Shown here: one piece after another, positions 8,736 to 17,439 of the stretch
Layout: each line of letters opens with the position of its first letter
Position numbering within the stretch: position 1 is the first letter of the stretch
Assembly (NCBI GenBank): GCA_036402735.1
Contig: DASWSH010000212.1
Coordinates: 1-49,695 of the forward strand
Source of the DNA: Solirubrobacteraceae bacterium
Lineage (GTDB): Bacteria; Actinomycetota; Thermoleophilia; Solirubrobacterales; Solirubrobacteraceae
Length of the DNA: 49,695 nt
Direction of reading: 5' to 3'
The notes under the pieces: model-generated
Databases searched by the model: none
Told to the model about the DNA's origin: nothing
The model's input: only the letters and a program-made list of their open reading frames with translations
Program-made: the position numbers and the translations under genes

Positions 8736-9359
8736 ATGGCCGCGACGATGAACGAGCTGGTGGCGCGCGAGCACGCACGCGAGCTGCTGCGCGCCGCGGC
8801 GGAGCGGCGCATGAGAGCGGGCGCCCGTACACGTCCCCGGCGAGCCCGCCGGCTCAAAGAGCGCCAGGAACGCGTGCTGCTCCCCGACGGCAGGCGTGTG
8901 CACGTTCGCAGGCTGCGTCGCGCTGACCGTGACATGTACGGCGAGGCGGTTGCGGCGCTGTCGGAGCGCTCGCGCTACCTGCGCTTCGCGTCACCGATGC
9001 CGAAATTGAGCGAGTCGATGCTCGACCACATGACGGCGGTGGACGACAGCGATCACGTCGCCTACGCCGCGCTCGCGCCACGCCAGGACGAGATCGTCGG
9101 CGTGGCGCGGTTCGTCACGGTCCCCGATGCCCCGCTCACCGGGGAAGTGGCGGTGGCCGTAGCCGATACGTGGCAGGGCCTCGGGCTCGGCTCGGTGCTG
9201 CTCGCGACGATCATCGAGCGCGCGCAGCGCGCCAACCTCCGCCGTCTGGTCGCCGTCACTCTCAGCGAGAACCACGCGGCCATCCAGCTCGCCCGCGCCG
9301 TTGGCTTCACCCGCGCGCGAAGCGACGGTATCTACCGCCAGTACGAGCGTCCCCTGTAG
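8736..9359 (+). CDS. GNAT family N-acetyltransferase (acyl-CoA synthetase/Pat-associated type)
   Basis: LSERSRYLRF, EIVGVARF, EVAVAVADTWQGLGLGSVLL, LSENHAA. AAGGGGG SD before ATG 8736. Confidence 0.9.
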   Translation: MAATMNELVAREHARELLRAAAERRMRAGARTRPRRARRLKERQERVLLPDGRRVHVRRLRRADRDMYGEAVAALSERSRYLRFASPMPKLSESMLDHMTAVDDSDHVAYAALAPRQDEIVGVARFVTVPDAPLTGEVAVAVADTWQGLGLGSVLLATIIERAQRANLRRLVAVTLSENHAAIQLARAVGFTRARSDGIYRQYERPL

Positions 9360-9401
9360 CGGCCTGCTGCGCGGACCCGGCTGCAGGGCCTTGGCTAGCG
9401 C

Positions 9402-9800
9402 CTACTCCGCCAGCCCAACGGCCTCGAGCGCTTCGTGCTCGGAGCCGAAGATCTGGATACGCACGATCCGTCCCTCGCTCACCGTGAATACGAACGTTGT
9501 CTCAGTCGCGAGCAGCACGCCGCTGATCTTCCCTCGCCCCGACTCACGAGCGGCGACGAACACGAAGTCCTCGACGTCCCAGACGCGCGCGGGCTCGATG
9601 GAATGCTCGCCCCATGCCTCGAGCCATTCCGCCGACGCTTGCAACATGCCGTCGTAGCCACGGTGATCGCGCACGTCCGGCTGGTCGGGCCTGCCGGAGA
9701 TCACGATGTCAGGCGCGGAGAGCTCCCGGACCGTCGCCTTGTCGCCGCCCAGGTACGCCTCCATCGCGCGCGTGACGATCTCCACGTTCTTCTGCGACAT
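9402..9800 (-). CDS. SnoaL-like/NTF2 family protein
   Basis: MSQKNVEIVTRAMEAY..GRGKISG..FTVSEGRIVRIQIF..EALEAVGLAE. Confidence 0.9.
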   Translation of the reverse strand: MSQKNVEIVTRAMEAYLGGDKATVRELSAPDIVISGRPDQPDVRDHRGYDGMLQASAEWLEAWGEHSIEPARVWDVEDFVFVAARESGRGKISGVLLATETTFVFTVSEGRIVRIQIFGSEHEALEAVGLAE

Positions 9801-9877
9801 CGCCCGCCGAGTATCCCGGAGCGCGGCGACGGCTGATCGGTGGCTGGGCAGGCAACGTATTGCCGGCCGCAGGCGGT

Positions 9878-10630
9878 TCAGCTCGTACTGGCCTTGCCGG
9901 TAGTGGAGGTTTTCGGCGCGAGGCAGCTTTTGCCCTTGTGCCCCTTCTTGGTGGCGCCGCAGCCGAGGCCGCCTTCGCCTTTGTCGACCTCCGTGAGCAG
10001 GAAGTTGCTGAAGTTGTGCGGATAGCGGCTCGGGGGTCCGTAGCCGATCACGATGTGGTCGTCCTTGTGAAGCACGAGCGCGGCCGGGTTGGTCAGCGGT
10101 TTGCCGTTTAGGTAGAAGTGCAGCCGATCACCGCCGTAACCCTTCAGGCCGCCGAGCTGTGCCGGGCCGAGCTTGACGCCCCACACCGCGAAGAAGTCTC
10201 CGAGCGTGTAGTTGAAGGGGCGCGGCGCCTCCATGTGGATGATGCCGGTGCTGTCGTGGGTGTGCATGCTCGACTCGACGCCGTGCGCCGGGTCGAGGCC
10301 GATCTCTGCGGGCAGCGGCGCCAGAAGCCCGTTGAGGTAGATCCGCAGCAACACGTGGATGTGGAACTTTTCCTGGCCGCCGGGCGGGATGCCGATCTGC
10401 TTCAGGCGCTGCGCGAGGTGCGCGTATTCAGGCTTCCAGGGAGCTGTGCTGAGTCCGGACGCCGGCTGGCTCGTCTGGAGTCCGGGCCCGGAGATGCTGA
10501 GACCTGCCGGCGTCGCGGCAGACGGTGCCTTGGCGCTCGATCCGCAGCCCGTCGCCAGGAGCACGAGCAGCGCCGCGAGCGCCAGCGATGCAGCGCTCGC
10601 GAGGTTGCGGCTGGGCTGGTGCGCCTTCAT
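9878..10630 (-). CDS. Lipoprotein with putative His-rich metal-binding domain
   Basis: Lipobox LLATGC; FHIH..LPAEIG..MHTHDSTGIIHME..YTLGDFFAVWG; TACTCT 8 nt before ATG 10630. Confidence 0.8.
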   Translation of the reverse strand: MKAHQPSRNLASAASLALAALLVLLATGCGSSAKAPSAATPAGLSISGPGLQTSQPASGLSTAPWKPEYAHLAQRLKQIGIPPGGQEKFHIHVLLRIYLNGLLAPLPAEIGLDPAHGVESSMHTHDSTGIIHMEAPRPFNYTLGDFFAVWGVKLGPAQLGGLKGYGGDRLHFYLNGKPLTNPAALVLHKDDHIVIGYGPPSRYPHNFSNFLLTEVDKGEGGLGCGATKKGHKGKSCLAPKTSTTGKASTS

Positions 10631-10714
10631 CCGCACGCAGAGTATTGATTGATCCGCCACAGACGCGGCAGTGGCGCCCGCCCCGAGCACCGGCACGTCG
10701 TGCAGCACCCGTCC

Positions 10715-10834
10715 GGGCGTGAACTGGAGTTGCACACCGCTGTCGCCCGCGAGTTCCCTCTTGCAGACGCGAGGGCGGTCTACGAGGAGTTCGCCTCGGG
10801 CTCGCGCCGGGGGCGGATCGTGCTGACCTTCTAG
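10715..10834 (+). pseudogene. C-terminal fragment of a zinc-type alcohol dehydrogenase/quinone oxidoreductase
   Basis: GRELELHTAVAREFPLADARAVYEEFASGSRRGRIVLTF* resembles an MDR C-terminus; no N-terminal part. Confidence 0.65.
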
Positions 10835-10922
10835 GCTGCTTTCGCGAAGTGCCCTCCTCACACCCTCCGGGACGCATCGGGATGTTCATCGCAGTCGGCG
10901 TCCCGACGCGGACCGGGTGAGG

Positions 10923-12098
10923 ATGACGCAGCTGCACCTACGACCGCGCGGCAAGGGTGAGGAGCAGCCGGTGACGGCGGTGGAGCTGCTGTTCGACCTC
11001 GTGTTCGTGTTCGCGGTCACACAGCTCTCGCACCTCGTGCTCGCCGATCTGACCGTCAGCGGCCTGCTTCATGCCGGCTTTCTCCTGCTCGTGCTGTGGT
11101 GGGGCTGGATCAACACCACCTGGCTCGCGAACTGGCTCGACCCGGCCTCGACACGGGTGAGGCTGGTGTTGCTCGCCGCCGCGCTGGCGTCTCTGCTGCT
11201 CGCCGCCGCGATCCCGCGCGCGCTGGGGAACCGGGGCCTGCTGTTCGCAGTGGCCTACGTCCTGCTGCAATCAGGGCGCAATCTCGCAGCGACGCTCTTG
11301 GCACCCGCCGAGCATCGGCTGCGTTCGACCTTCTCGAGGTTGCTGTTTTGGAGCGCCATAGCCGGCGTGCTGTGGATCGCAGGCGGCCTCGTCTCGCCAG
11401 ATCGCCGTCTCTATGTGTGGGGAGCTGCGCTGGCCGTCGAGCTCTGCGCTCCGATCCTCGGGTATCCGACACCCCGTCTCGGTCGCTCGCGCGCCGAGGA
11501 CTACGACATCGAGGGAGGCCACTTCGCTGAGCGCTGCCAGGGGTTCGTGATCATCGCGCTCGGAGAGTCGATCGTCGTCACCGGTGCCACCGCTGCGAAC
11601 ACCGGACTGGGGACAGATGCGATCCTCGCTCTCACGCTGGCATTCCTCAGCACCGCGACGCTCTGGTGGCTGTACTTCGACTCGACCGCCGCGAATTCGC
11701 GCGCGGACATCCTCGCCAGCGAGCAGGCAGGCCGATTGGCCCGCGACGCGTTCAGCTATCTACACATCCCGATCATCGCCGGAATCATCGCGGTCGCCGT
11801 CGGCGACGATCTGCTGGTCGCCCACCCCAACGAGCCGCTCGGCGCGATCGGTGCCGCCACAGCACTCGGTGGGCCCGCGCTGTTTCTGCTCGGCGAGAGC
11901 CTGTTCCGCCTTCGCATGATCGGCAGCGTCAACCCCAGGCGGCTCGCGTGTGTCGCGGGACTCGCGAGCGGCGCAGCCGTGTCCTCGAGCATCTCCGCAT
12001 TCGCACTGGTGCTGATCGCGACAGCGATGCTCCTGCTACTCGCGCTGGCTGAGCAACATGCCGCCCGGGTCGCGACCGGCACGGCCGCGAACGGCTGA
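10923..12098 (+). CDS. ltrA: Low temperature requirement protein A family membrane protein
   Basis: VTAVELLFDLVFVFAVTQLS, HFAERCQGFVIIALGESIV, SYLHIPIIAGII. Confidence 0.92.
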   Translation: MTQLHLRPRGKGEEQPVTAVELLFDLVFVFAVTQLSHLVLADLTVSGLLHAGFLLLVLWWGWINTTWLANWLDPASTRVRLVLLAAALASLLLAAAIPRALGNRGLLFAVAYVLLQSGRNLAATLLAPAEHRLRSTFSRLLFWSAIAGVLWIAGGLVSPDRRLYVWGAALAVELCAPILGYPTPRLGRSRAEDYDIEGGHFAERCQGFVIIALGESIVVTGATAANTGLGTDAILALTLAFLSTATLWWLYFDSTAANSRADILASEQAGRLARDAFSYLHIPIIAGIIAVAVGDDLLVAHPNEPLGAIGAATALGGPALFLLGESLFRLRMIGSVNPRRLACVAGLASGAAVSSSISAFALVLIATAMLLLLALAEQHAARVATGTAANG

Positions 12099-12133
12099 AC
12101 TGCTCCGGCGTTGCGCCGGCACGAAGGGCGTTT

Positions 12134-12229
12134 TTGGAACGCTTCGAGGAGATCACCGGCCGTTCGCTGCGCGAGACCGAGACGCTGGTCGAGCTGTGGT
12201 GGGCGCTGCAGAGACGGCGCCTGGGCTGA
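12134..12229 (+). pseudogene. C-terminal fragment of a PucR-family HTH regulator
   Basis: Manual translation LERFEEITGRSLRETETLVELWWALQRRRLG* resembles the PucR C-terminal helix after the TVRYR motif, which is missing. Confidence 0.6.
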
Positions 12230-12250
12230 GCGGGCAGGCCCTCCCAAGGC

Positions 12251-14008
12251 TCACGAGACCCTCCCGGCCCACCCGCGCTCGCCGAGGTAGCGGCTGACAA
12301 GCTGCATCACCGTCGCGCCCTCCCCCATCGCCGTTGTCACTCGCTTTACCGATCCATGCCTGACGTCCCCGGCCGCGAAAACGCCGGGAGCGCTCGTCTC
12401 GAGCAGCGATGGGGATGGCTGGGCAGTGCCGGAGGACGTCGTCTTCGGATCGAGGTCGCTGCCGGTCAGGATGAATCCTGCGTCGTCGCGGTCGACGGCG
12501 CCGTCCAGCCACTCCGTGTGCGGTTCGGCGCCGATCATCACGAACAGCCCCGTTGTCGGAATGCGCCTCGCCGCTCCATTGCAGCGGTCTCTCACGACCA
12601 CGGCCCGCAGCCGTTCGTCCCCCTCGCCCTCGACGACTTCGACGTTCAGCTCAACGGCGACATTCGACGTGCCGCGCAACTCCGCGATCAGGTACTCCGA
12701 CATGGTTCTCTCCAGCGAGTCCCCTCGCACCAGCAGGGTCACCTCGGCGGCGTATTTCGCGAGGTGAGCGGCCGCCTGCCCGGCTGAGTTCCCCCCGCCG
12801 ACGACGCAGACCTCTCCGCCGCGCATCGCGCGCGCCTCGCTGACCGCCGCCCCGTAGAAGACCCCCGCACCGATCAGCTGCTCGAGGCGCTCGATCCCGA
12901 GGCGCCGCCATGAGACGCCGCCGGCAAGCACCACGGTGCGCGCGAGGATCTCCTGGCCGTCGGCCATCTCGAGAACGTGCTCCTCGGCGCTGGGCCGCAG
13001 CGCCGTCGCCTGCTGCGCGAACACCATGTTCGCTCCGAACAGCCATGCCTGCTCACACGCGCGGCGCGTGAGGTCGTGACCGCCGATCCCCCAGGTGAAA
13101 CCGGGGACGTTGCGGATCCGCGAGCTCGAGCCTGCCTGACCGCCTGAGATCTCACGGTCGATCACGATCGTCTCGAGTCCTTCCGAGGCCGCGTAGACGG
13201 CCGCCGACAGACCCGCCGGGCCGGCTCCCACGATCGCCACGTCGTAGGTCTGCGTACCGATGCGAGTTCCACCGCCGAGGGCTTCGACGATCTCTCCGTC
13301 GCTGGGATCGGTCAGGACACGCCCATCGTGGCGCACGACGATCGGACGCCTTGCGCCCACCTGTCCGACCTCCTCGAGCAGTGACATGCCCTCGGTCGAC
13401 TGGACCTCGTAGAAGGTGAAGGGCATGTTGAACCGGGTGAGCAGGTCCCGGATCTCGTACGCGCGCGCGTCGTTCCCGCCGGCGACGATCCGGAACAGCG
13501 TGAAGTCGTCGGAGCCGGACTCTGCCCAGCTCGCGAGGAATTCGCTCACCGCCGGATACAGCCCGCGCTCGGGGAACCACGGCTTGACGAGGTGGAAGTC
13601 GATCTGGCCGAGCGTCATCGCGGGAACGATCGGGTTGGCCGCGGTGTAGTCGCGCTCGACGAGCAGGATCCGCTTCGCCAGGGGATGAAGTGCGTGAGCC
13701 CGCGCGAGGAAGTCGACGCCGCTGATCGTCGCCATGCCGTGATCGGCGATCACCAGCGCGACGGGCTCGGCGCGAGCTGCCATCGAAGCAAGCCGAGCGA
13801 GGCCGCTCGTCGGCCCGTCGGCGGCGATCACCTGCGTGTCGTTGCCGAAGTGCCGCACCAGATCCGCCTCGAGCGCGCCCAGCACCGATGCGTCGCACGA
13901 CACGAGAAAGATGATCGGGCGGCTCTGCTGCTTGTTCTCGTCCCCGGCCGGAGAACCGAGCTCGGCTGACATGGACGTTTCCAGCTCGCGTGTGAATGTG
14001 CCAGTCAT
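12251..14008 (-). CDS. Receiver-domain/thioredoxin-reductase-like fusion (FAD-dependent oxidoreductase)
   Basis: N-terminal REC-like (LVIADHGM..SGVDFL..KPW), GAGPAG, GGQAGSSSRI, GGGNSAGQAA, VFAAGDVRHGSVKRV. ATG 14008 overlaps the upstream stop (ATGA) and has a GAGGAG SD. Confidence 0.9.
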   Translation of the reverse strand: MTGTFTRELETSMSAELGSPAGDENKQQSRPIIFLVSCDASVLGALEADLVRHFGNDTQVIAADGPTSGLARLASMAARAEPVALVIADHGMATISGVDFLARAHALHPLAKRILLVERDYTAANPIVPAMTLGQIDFHLVKPWFPERGLYPAVSEFLASWAESGSDDFTLFRIVAGGNDARAYEIRDLLTRFNMPFTFYEVQSTEGMSLLEEVGQVGARRPIVVRHDGRVLTDPSDGEIVEALGGGTRIGTQTYDVAIVGAGPAGLSAAVYAASEGLETIVIDREISGGQAGSSSRIRNVPGFTWGIGGHDLTRRACEQAWLFGANMVFAQQATALRPSAEEHVLEMADGQEILARTVVLAGGVSWRRLGIERLEQLIGAGVFYGAAVSEARAMRGGEVCVVGGGNSAGQAAAHLAKYAAEVTLLVRGDSLERTMSEYLIAELRGTSNVAVELNVEVVEGEGDERLRAVVVRDRCNGAARRIPTTGLFVMIGAEPHTEWLDGAVDRDDAGFILTGSDLDPKTTSSGTAQPSPSLLETSAPGVFAAGDVRHGSVKRVTTAMGEGATVMQLVSRYLGERGWAGRVS

Positions 14009-14349
14009 GCGCGCGTCTCCTCGCGCGCTGACGACGCTGACCCGGCGAGCGCCGAGGCCGGCCTCGAGGCGCGGGGGTCCGACCGATTCACGCAGCTCGC
14101 CTGCCCCGCCTCGGGGAATATGGCTGAACGCAGCGAGAACACGCGTCTCAGCACCACAGACGCCGGGCATGCGCCCTTCAGCGCGAACATCCACTGGTTG
14201 ATGCCGACGATCGCCGTCAGCGTCAAGAACCACGGCGAAACCACGGCCGAGAGTCCGGCGCTGAGCAGCGTCATGCTGCCCCCGAATGCGAACAACACAC
14301 GCTCGAGTGGCCAACTGTGCCCTTCAGACGGCTGTATCGATGACATCAT
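14005..14349 (-). CDS. DUF2892/YgaP-like transmembrane protein
   Basis: WPLERVLFAFGG..SPWFLTLTAIVGINQW..GACPASVVLRR. Confidence 0.85.
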   Translation of the reverse strand: MMSSIQPSEGHSWPLERVLFAFGGSMTLLSAGLSAVVSPWFLTLTAIVGINQWMFALKGACPASVVLRRVFSLRSAIFPEAGQASCVNRSDPRASRPASALAGSASSAREETRA

Positions 14350-14366
14350 GAACCCCCACTGTAGAT

Positions 14367-14408
14367 AGAACGACCGTTCGTTCTTGCCGAGATCATACGA
14401 CCGTTCGT
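14367..14408. promoter_or_regulatory. Two TetR-type operators in the divergent promoter
   Basis: AGAACGA-CCGT-TCGTTCT inverted repeat at 14367-14384; core ACGACCGTTCGT repeated exactly at 14370 and 14397; lies between -10 boxes TACAGT (minus) and TAACTT (plus). Confidence 0.8.
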
Positions 14409-14424
14409 GCTAACTTGTCAACCC

Positions 14425-15063
14425 ATGGCGAGCACGAATACCCGGCCCCCCGCTCAGCCACCTCGGCGGCAGCGAAGCGACGGCGAGCGCAGCCGCGCCG
14501 CGATCCTGCGTGAGGCTGCCCAGCTCGCAACCGTCGAGGGCATCTCCGGGCTGTCGATTGGTCGTCTCGCGGATGCCGTCGGCATGAGCAAGAGTGGGCT
14601 GTTCGCCCACTTCGGGTCAAAGGAGGATCTCCAGCTCGCGACGATCGACACGGCGAGCGTGCTGTTCGGCGAACAGGTGATCGAAACGGCCTCGGCCGCG
14701 TCGAGCGGGCTGGAGCGCCTGCGACTCCTCACGGAGGGGTTCCTTCAACATGTCGAGGACGATGTGTTCCCGGGCGGCTGCTTCTTCGCCTCGGTCGCCG
14801 CAGAGATGGATACGCATCCCGGGCCTGTCCGCGATCGCGCCGTGCAGGTCGTCGAAGAATGGATGCAGCGGCTGATCGCGGCCGCGCGCGAGGCCCAGGA
14901 TGAAGACACGATCAGCTCCTCCGAGGACGCAGAGCAGCTCGCATTCGAACTGAACGCCTACCTTCTCCTCGCCAACGCTCAGTTCGTGGTCAGCCGAGAC
15001 CCCGTCCCGATGAGGCGCGCCCGCACCGCCTTGAAGCGCCGGCTCACCGCCGCCGCCGCCTAG
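14425..15063 (+). CDS. TetR/AcrR family transcriptional regulator
   Basis: LSIGRLADAVGMSKSGLFAHFGSKEDL HTH; FPGGCFFAS. Confidence 0.95.
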   Translation: MASTNTRPPAQPPRRQRSDGERSRAAILREAAQLATVEGISGLSIGRLADAVGMSKSGLFAHFGSKEDLQLATIDTASVLFGEQVIETASAASSGLERLRLLTEGFLQHVEDDVFPGGCFFASVAAEMDTHPGPVRDRAVQVVEEWMQRLIAAAREAQDEDTISSSEDAEQLAFELNAYLLLANAQFVVSRDPVPMRRARTALKRRLTAAAA

Positions 15064-15082
15064 CGCGAGCAGTCCCAGCGCC

Positions 15083-15120
15083 GGGCCGGCGCGGCCTCAT
15101 CCTCCGCGCCGGTCCCTTCT
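15083..15120. terminator. Hairpin between convergent TetR and MMPL genes
   Basis: GGGCCGGCGCGG-N9-CCGCGCCGGTCC 12-bp stem followed by CTTCT. Confidence 0.6.
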
Positions 15121-15128
15121 GCCGCCGC

Positions 15129-17366
15129 TCACGCGGCCTGCTTGAGCGGCTCGGGCGGCGAGGACGGCGACGATGACTCCGCTCGATCGATCGCCAGGTG
15201 CGGCAGCCGCGTCTCGAGCCACGCAGGCAGCGACCACGTGCGCCGACCGAGGATCGCCAGCACCGACGGCAGCAGCAGGCTGCGCACGACGAACGCGTCC
15301 AGGAACACCGCCGAGCCGAGGCTCAGCCCGAACAGCTTCAGCACGCGGTCGTTGCCGAGCGCGAACGACAAGAACACGCAGATCATGATCGTGGCGGCCG
15401 CCGTGATCACGCGGCCGGTCGAGGCGAGCCCGCGGGTCACGGCCTCCGAGGCGTTGCGGCGACGCGTCCACTCCTCGTGGATGCGCGACACCAGAAACAC
15501 CTCGTAGTCCATCGACAGCCCGAACACGATCGCGAACAGCATCACCGGGATGAACGCCTCGATCGGTCCGCCCTTGACGTTGAAGAAGCTGCCCAGCCAG
15601 CCCCACTGGAAGATCGCCACGACCACGCCGAGCGCCGCGCTGATCGAAAGCAGGTTCATGAACGCGGCCTGCAGCGGGATCACCAGTGAGCGGAACACGA
15701 TCAGCAGCAGCAGTGCCGAGAGCGCGACGACGATGCCGATGAACAGCGGCAGCTTGTTCGACAGAACGCTCGTGAAGTCGATCGTCGTGGCCTGCTGCCC
15801 GCCCACCAGGATCCGCGTGCCGGTGCTCCGCTCGAGCGGCGGAAGCGTCTGCTTGCGCAGGCTTTCCACGAGGTTCGTGGTCGCCAGGGACTGCGGCGAC
15901 GAGCGCGGATAGACGAGGAGCACCGCCGTCTGGCCGTTCGGGCTCAGGCGTGCCGGGGAGACCGAGGCCACGTCGCCGCTCGCCCGCAGGGCGGCCGTCA
16001 ACGTCGCCACCGCGGCCGAGTCGCCGGCGCGCGGCAGCGTCACGACCAGCTGCAGCGGCCCGTTCACGCCGCTGCCGAACCCCTTGGCGAGCAGGTCGTA
16101 GGAGTGGCGCGTGGTGGTGTTGGGAGGGTTGTTGCCGGCGTCGCTGTTGCCAAGCCGCAGCGCCAGCGCGGGCGCGGCGAGCACCAACATGATCGCGAGG
16201 CCGGCGAGCGCACCGGGCCACGGGTGGCGGTTGATCAACAGCGCCCAGCGCGCCCACGGGCCATGCGCCTCGCGGTCCACCGGGGATTCGCCGCGCTTGC
16301 GCGCCCGCCGCCCGGGGCGGCCGATGCGGTCGCCCCATCGCGACAGCAGCGCCGGCAGGACGGTGAGCGCGGCGAGCATCGTCATCAGCACGGCCAGCGA
16401 AGACGCGACAGCCAGCCCATACAGGAAGCTCACACCGAGCAGGAACTGCCCGAGCAGCGCGATGATCACGGTGATGCCGGCGAACAGCACCGCGCGACCG
16501 GCGGTGTCCATCGCTTCGGAGATCGCCGTCTGCAGATCCATCCCGGCCCGGTAGTTCTGGCGAAAGCGCGTGATCAGGAACAGCGCATAGTCGATGCCCA
16601 CGCCGAGACCGATCATCGCCGCCAGCTGCGTCGCGAAGTCCGGGGTGGAGATGATCTGAGAGCCGAGACCCGCCAGTCCGATCGCCGTGCCGAGTCCGAG
16701 CAGCGCCGTGAGGATCGGCAGGCCCATCGCGATCGCCGAGCCGAAGGTGATCAGCAGCACCACCATCGCGGCGATCAGACCGACCGCCGTGGCGGTCCCG
16801 ATAGAGATTTTTTCCACCTGCTCGATCGCCTGGCCGCCGAGCTGAACTTCCAGCTGCGGCGAGCGCGCGCTGTCGGCGACCGAGATGACGCGTTCGATCG
16901 CCGGCTTCGGCAGCACGTTGGCGCGTTCGTCGAAGTTCACCGTCGCAAAAGCGATGTGCCCGTCGCTCGAGATCGCGTGCGCCCCCGCGGCGGAGTACGG
17001 GCTCACCACACCGCTGACGTGCGGGAGCCTCGCGACCCGTTCGAGCACCGGCACGATGCGCGCCCTGACGGCGGCTTCGCTGATGCTGCCCCGCCGGGCG
17101 TTGAAGACGATCTGGTCGGAGTCGCCCGACTGCGCCGGGAACTCGCGCTTGAGCAGGTCCACCGCCCGCTGGGACTCGGTGCCGCTGAGCGAGAAGCTGT
17201 TGCTGTAGTTGGTCCCCACCGCGCTCGATGCAGCGAACGCCCCCACCAGCGCCACGATCCAGCCGATCACCACGACGCGGCGGTGCCGGGCCGCCCAACG
17301 TCCCACCCTCGCCACGACTCCCAGATTCTCCTGCGGTGCGGTTGCGTGCACGTCGGACCTCCGCAT
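15129..17366 (-). CDS. MMPL (RND superfamily) transporter
   Basis: GLGVGIDYALF..TAGRAVLFAG; FAIVFGLSMDYEVFLVSRIHEE; GRVITAAATIM. Confidence 0.95.
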   Translation of the reverse strand: MRRSDVHATAPQENLGVVARVGRWAARHRRVVVIGWIVALVGAFAASSAVGTNYSNSFSLSGTESQRAVDLLKREFPAQSGDSDQIVFNARRGSISEAAVRARIVPVLERVARLPHVSGVVSPYSAAGAHAISSDGHIAFATVNFDERANVLPKPAIERVISVADSARSPQLEVQLGGQAIEQVEKISIGTATAVGLIAAMVVLLITFGSAIAMGLPILTALLGLGTAIGLAGLGSQIISTPDFATQLAAMIGLGVGIDYALFLITRFRQNYRAGMDLQTAISEAMDTAGRAVLFAGITVIIALLGQFLLGVSFLYGLAVASSLAVLMTMLAALTVLPALLSRWGDRIGRPGRRARKRGESPVDREAHGPWARWALLINRHPWPGALAGLAIMLVLAAPALALRLGNSDAGNNPPNTTTRHSYDLLAKGFGSGVNGPLQLVVTLPRAGDSAAVATLTAALRASGDVASVSPARLSPNGQTAVLLVYPRSSPQSLATTNLVESLRKQTLPPLERSTGTRILVGGQQATTIDFTSVLSNKLPLFIGIVVALSALLLLIVFRSLVIPLQAAFMNLLSISAALGVVVAIFQWGWLGSFFNVKGGPIEAFIPVMLFAIVFGLSMDYEVFLVSRIHEEWTRRRNASEAVTRGLASTGRVITAAATIMICVFLSFALGNDRVLKLFGLSLGSAVFLDAFVVRSLLLPSVLAILGRRTWSLPAWLETRLPHLAIDRAESSSPSSPPEPLKQAA

Positions 17367-17371
17367 ATACT

Positions 17372-17417
17372 TTCGATGAGAGAACGTTTATGATCTACGA
17401 ATAGTTCGCAGATCGAA
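17372..17417. promoter_or_regulatory. Probable MarR operator region between MMPL and MarR
   Basis: GATCTACGAA-tag-TTCGCAGATC (9/10 inverted repeat, 17392-17414); TTCG-N5-(C/A)GAA at 17372 and 17405; AT-rich. Confidence 0.55.
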
Positions 17418-17439
17418 GCAGTACGGTAGCATGGTCACG

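Noticed and set aside
14009-14314. N-terminal extension of the REC-TrxB-like ORF
   Set aside because: Alternative frame of the DUF2892 gene; a coupled start with SD lies at 14008.
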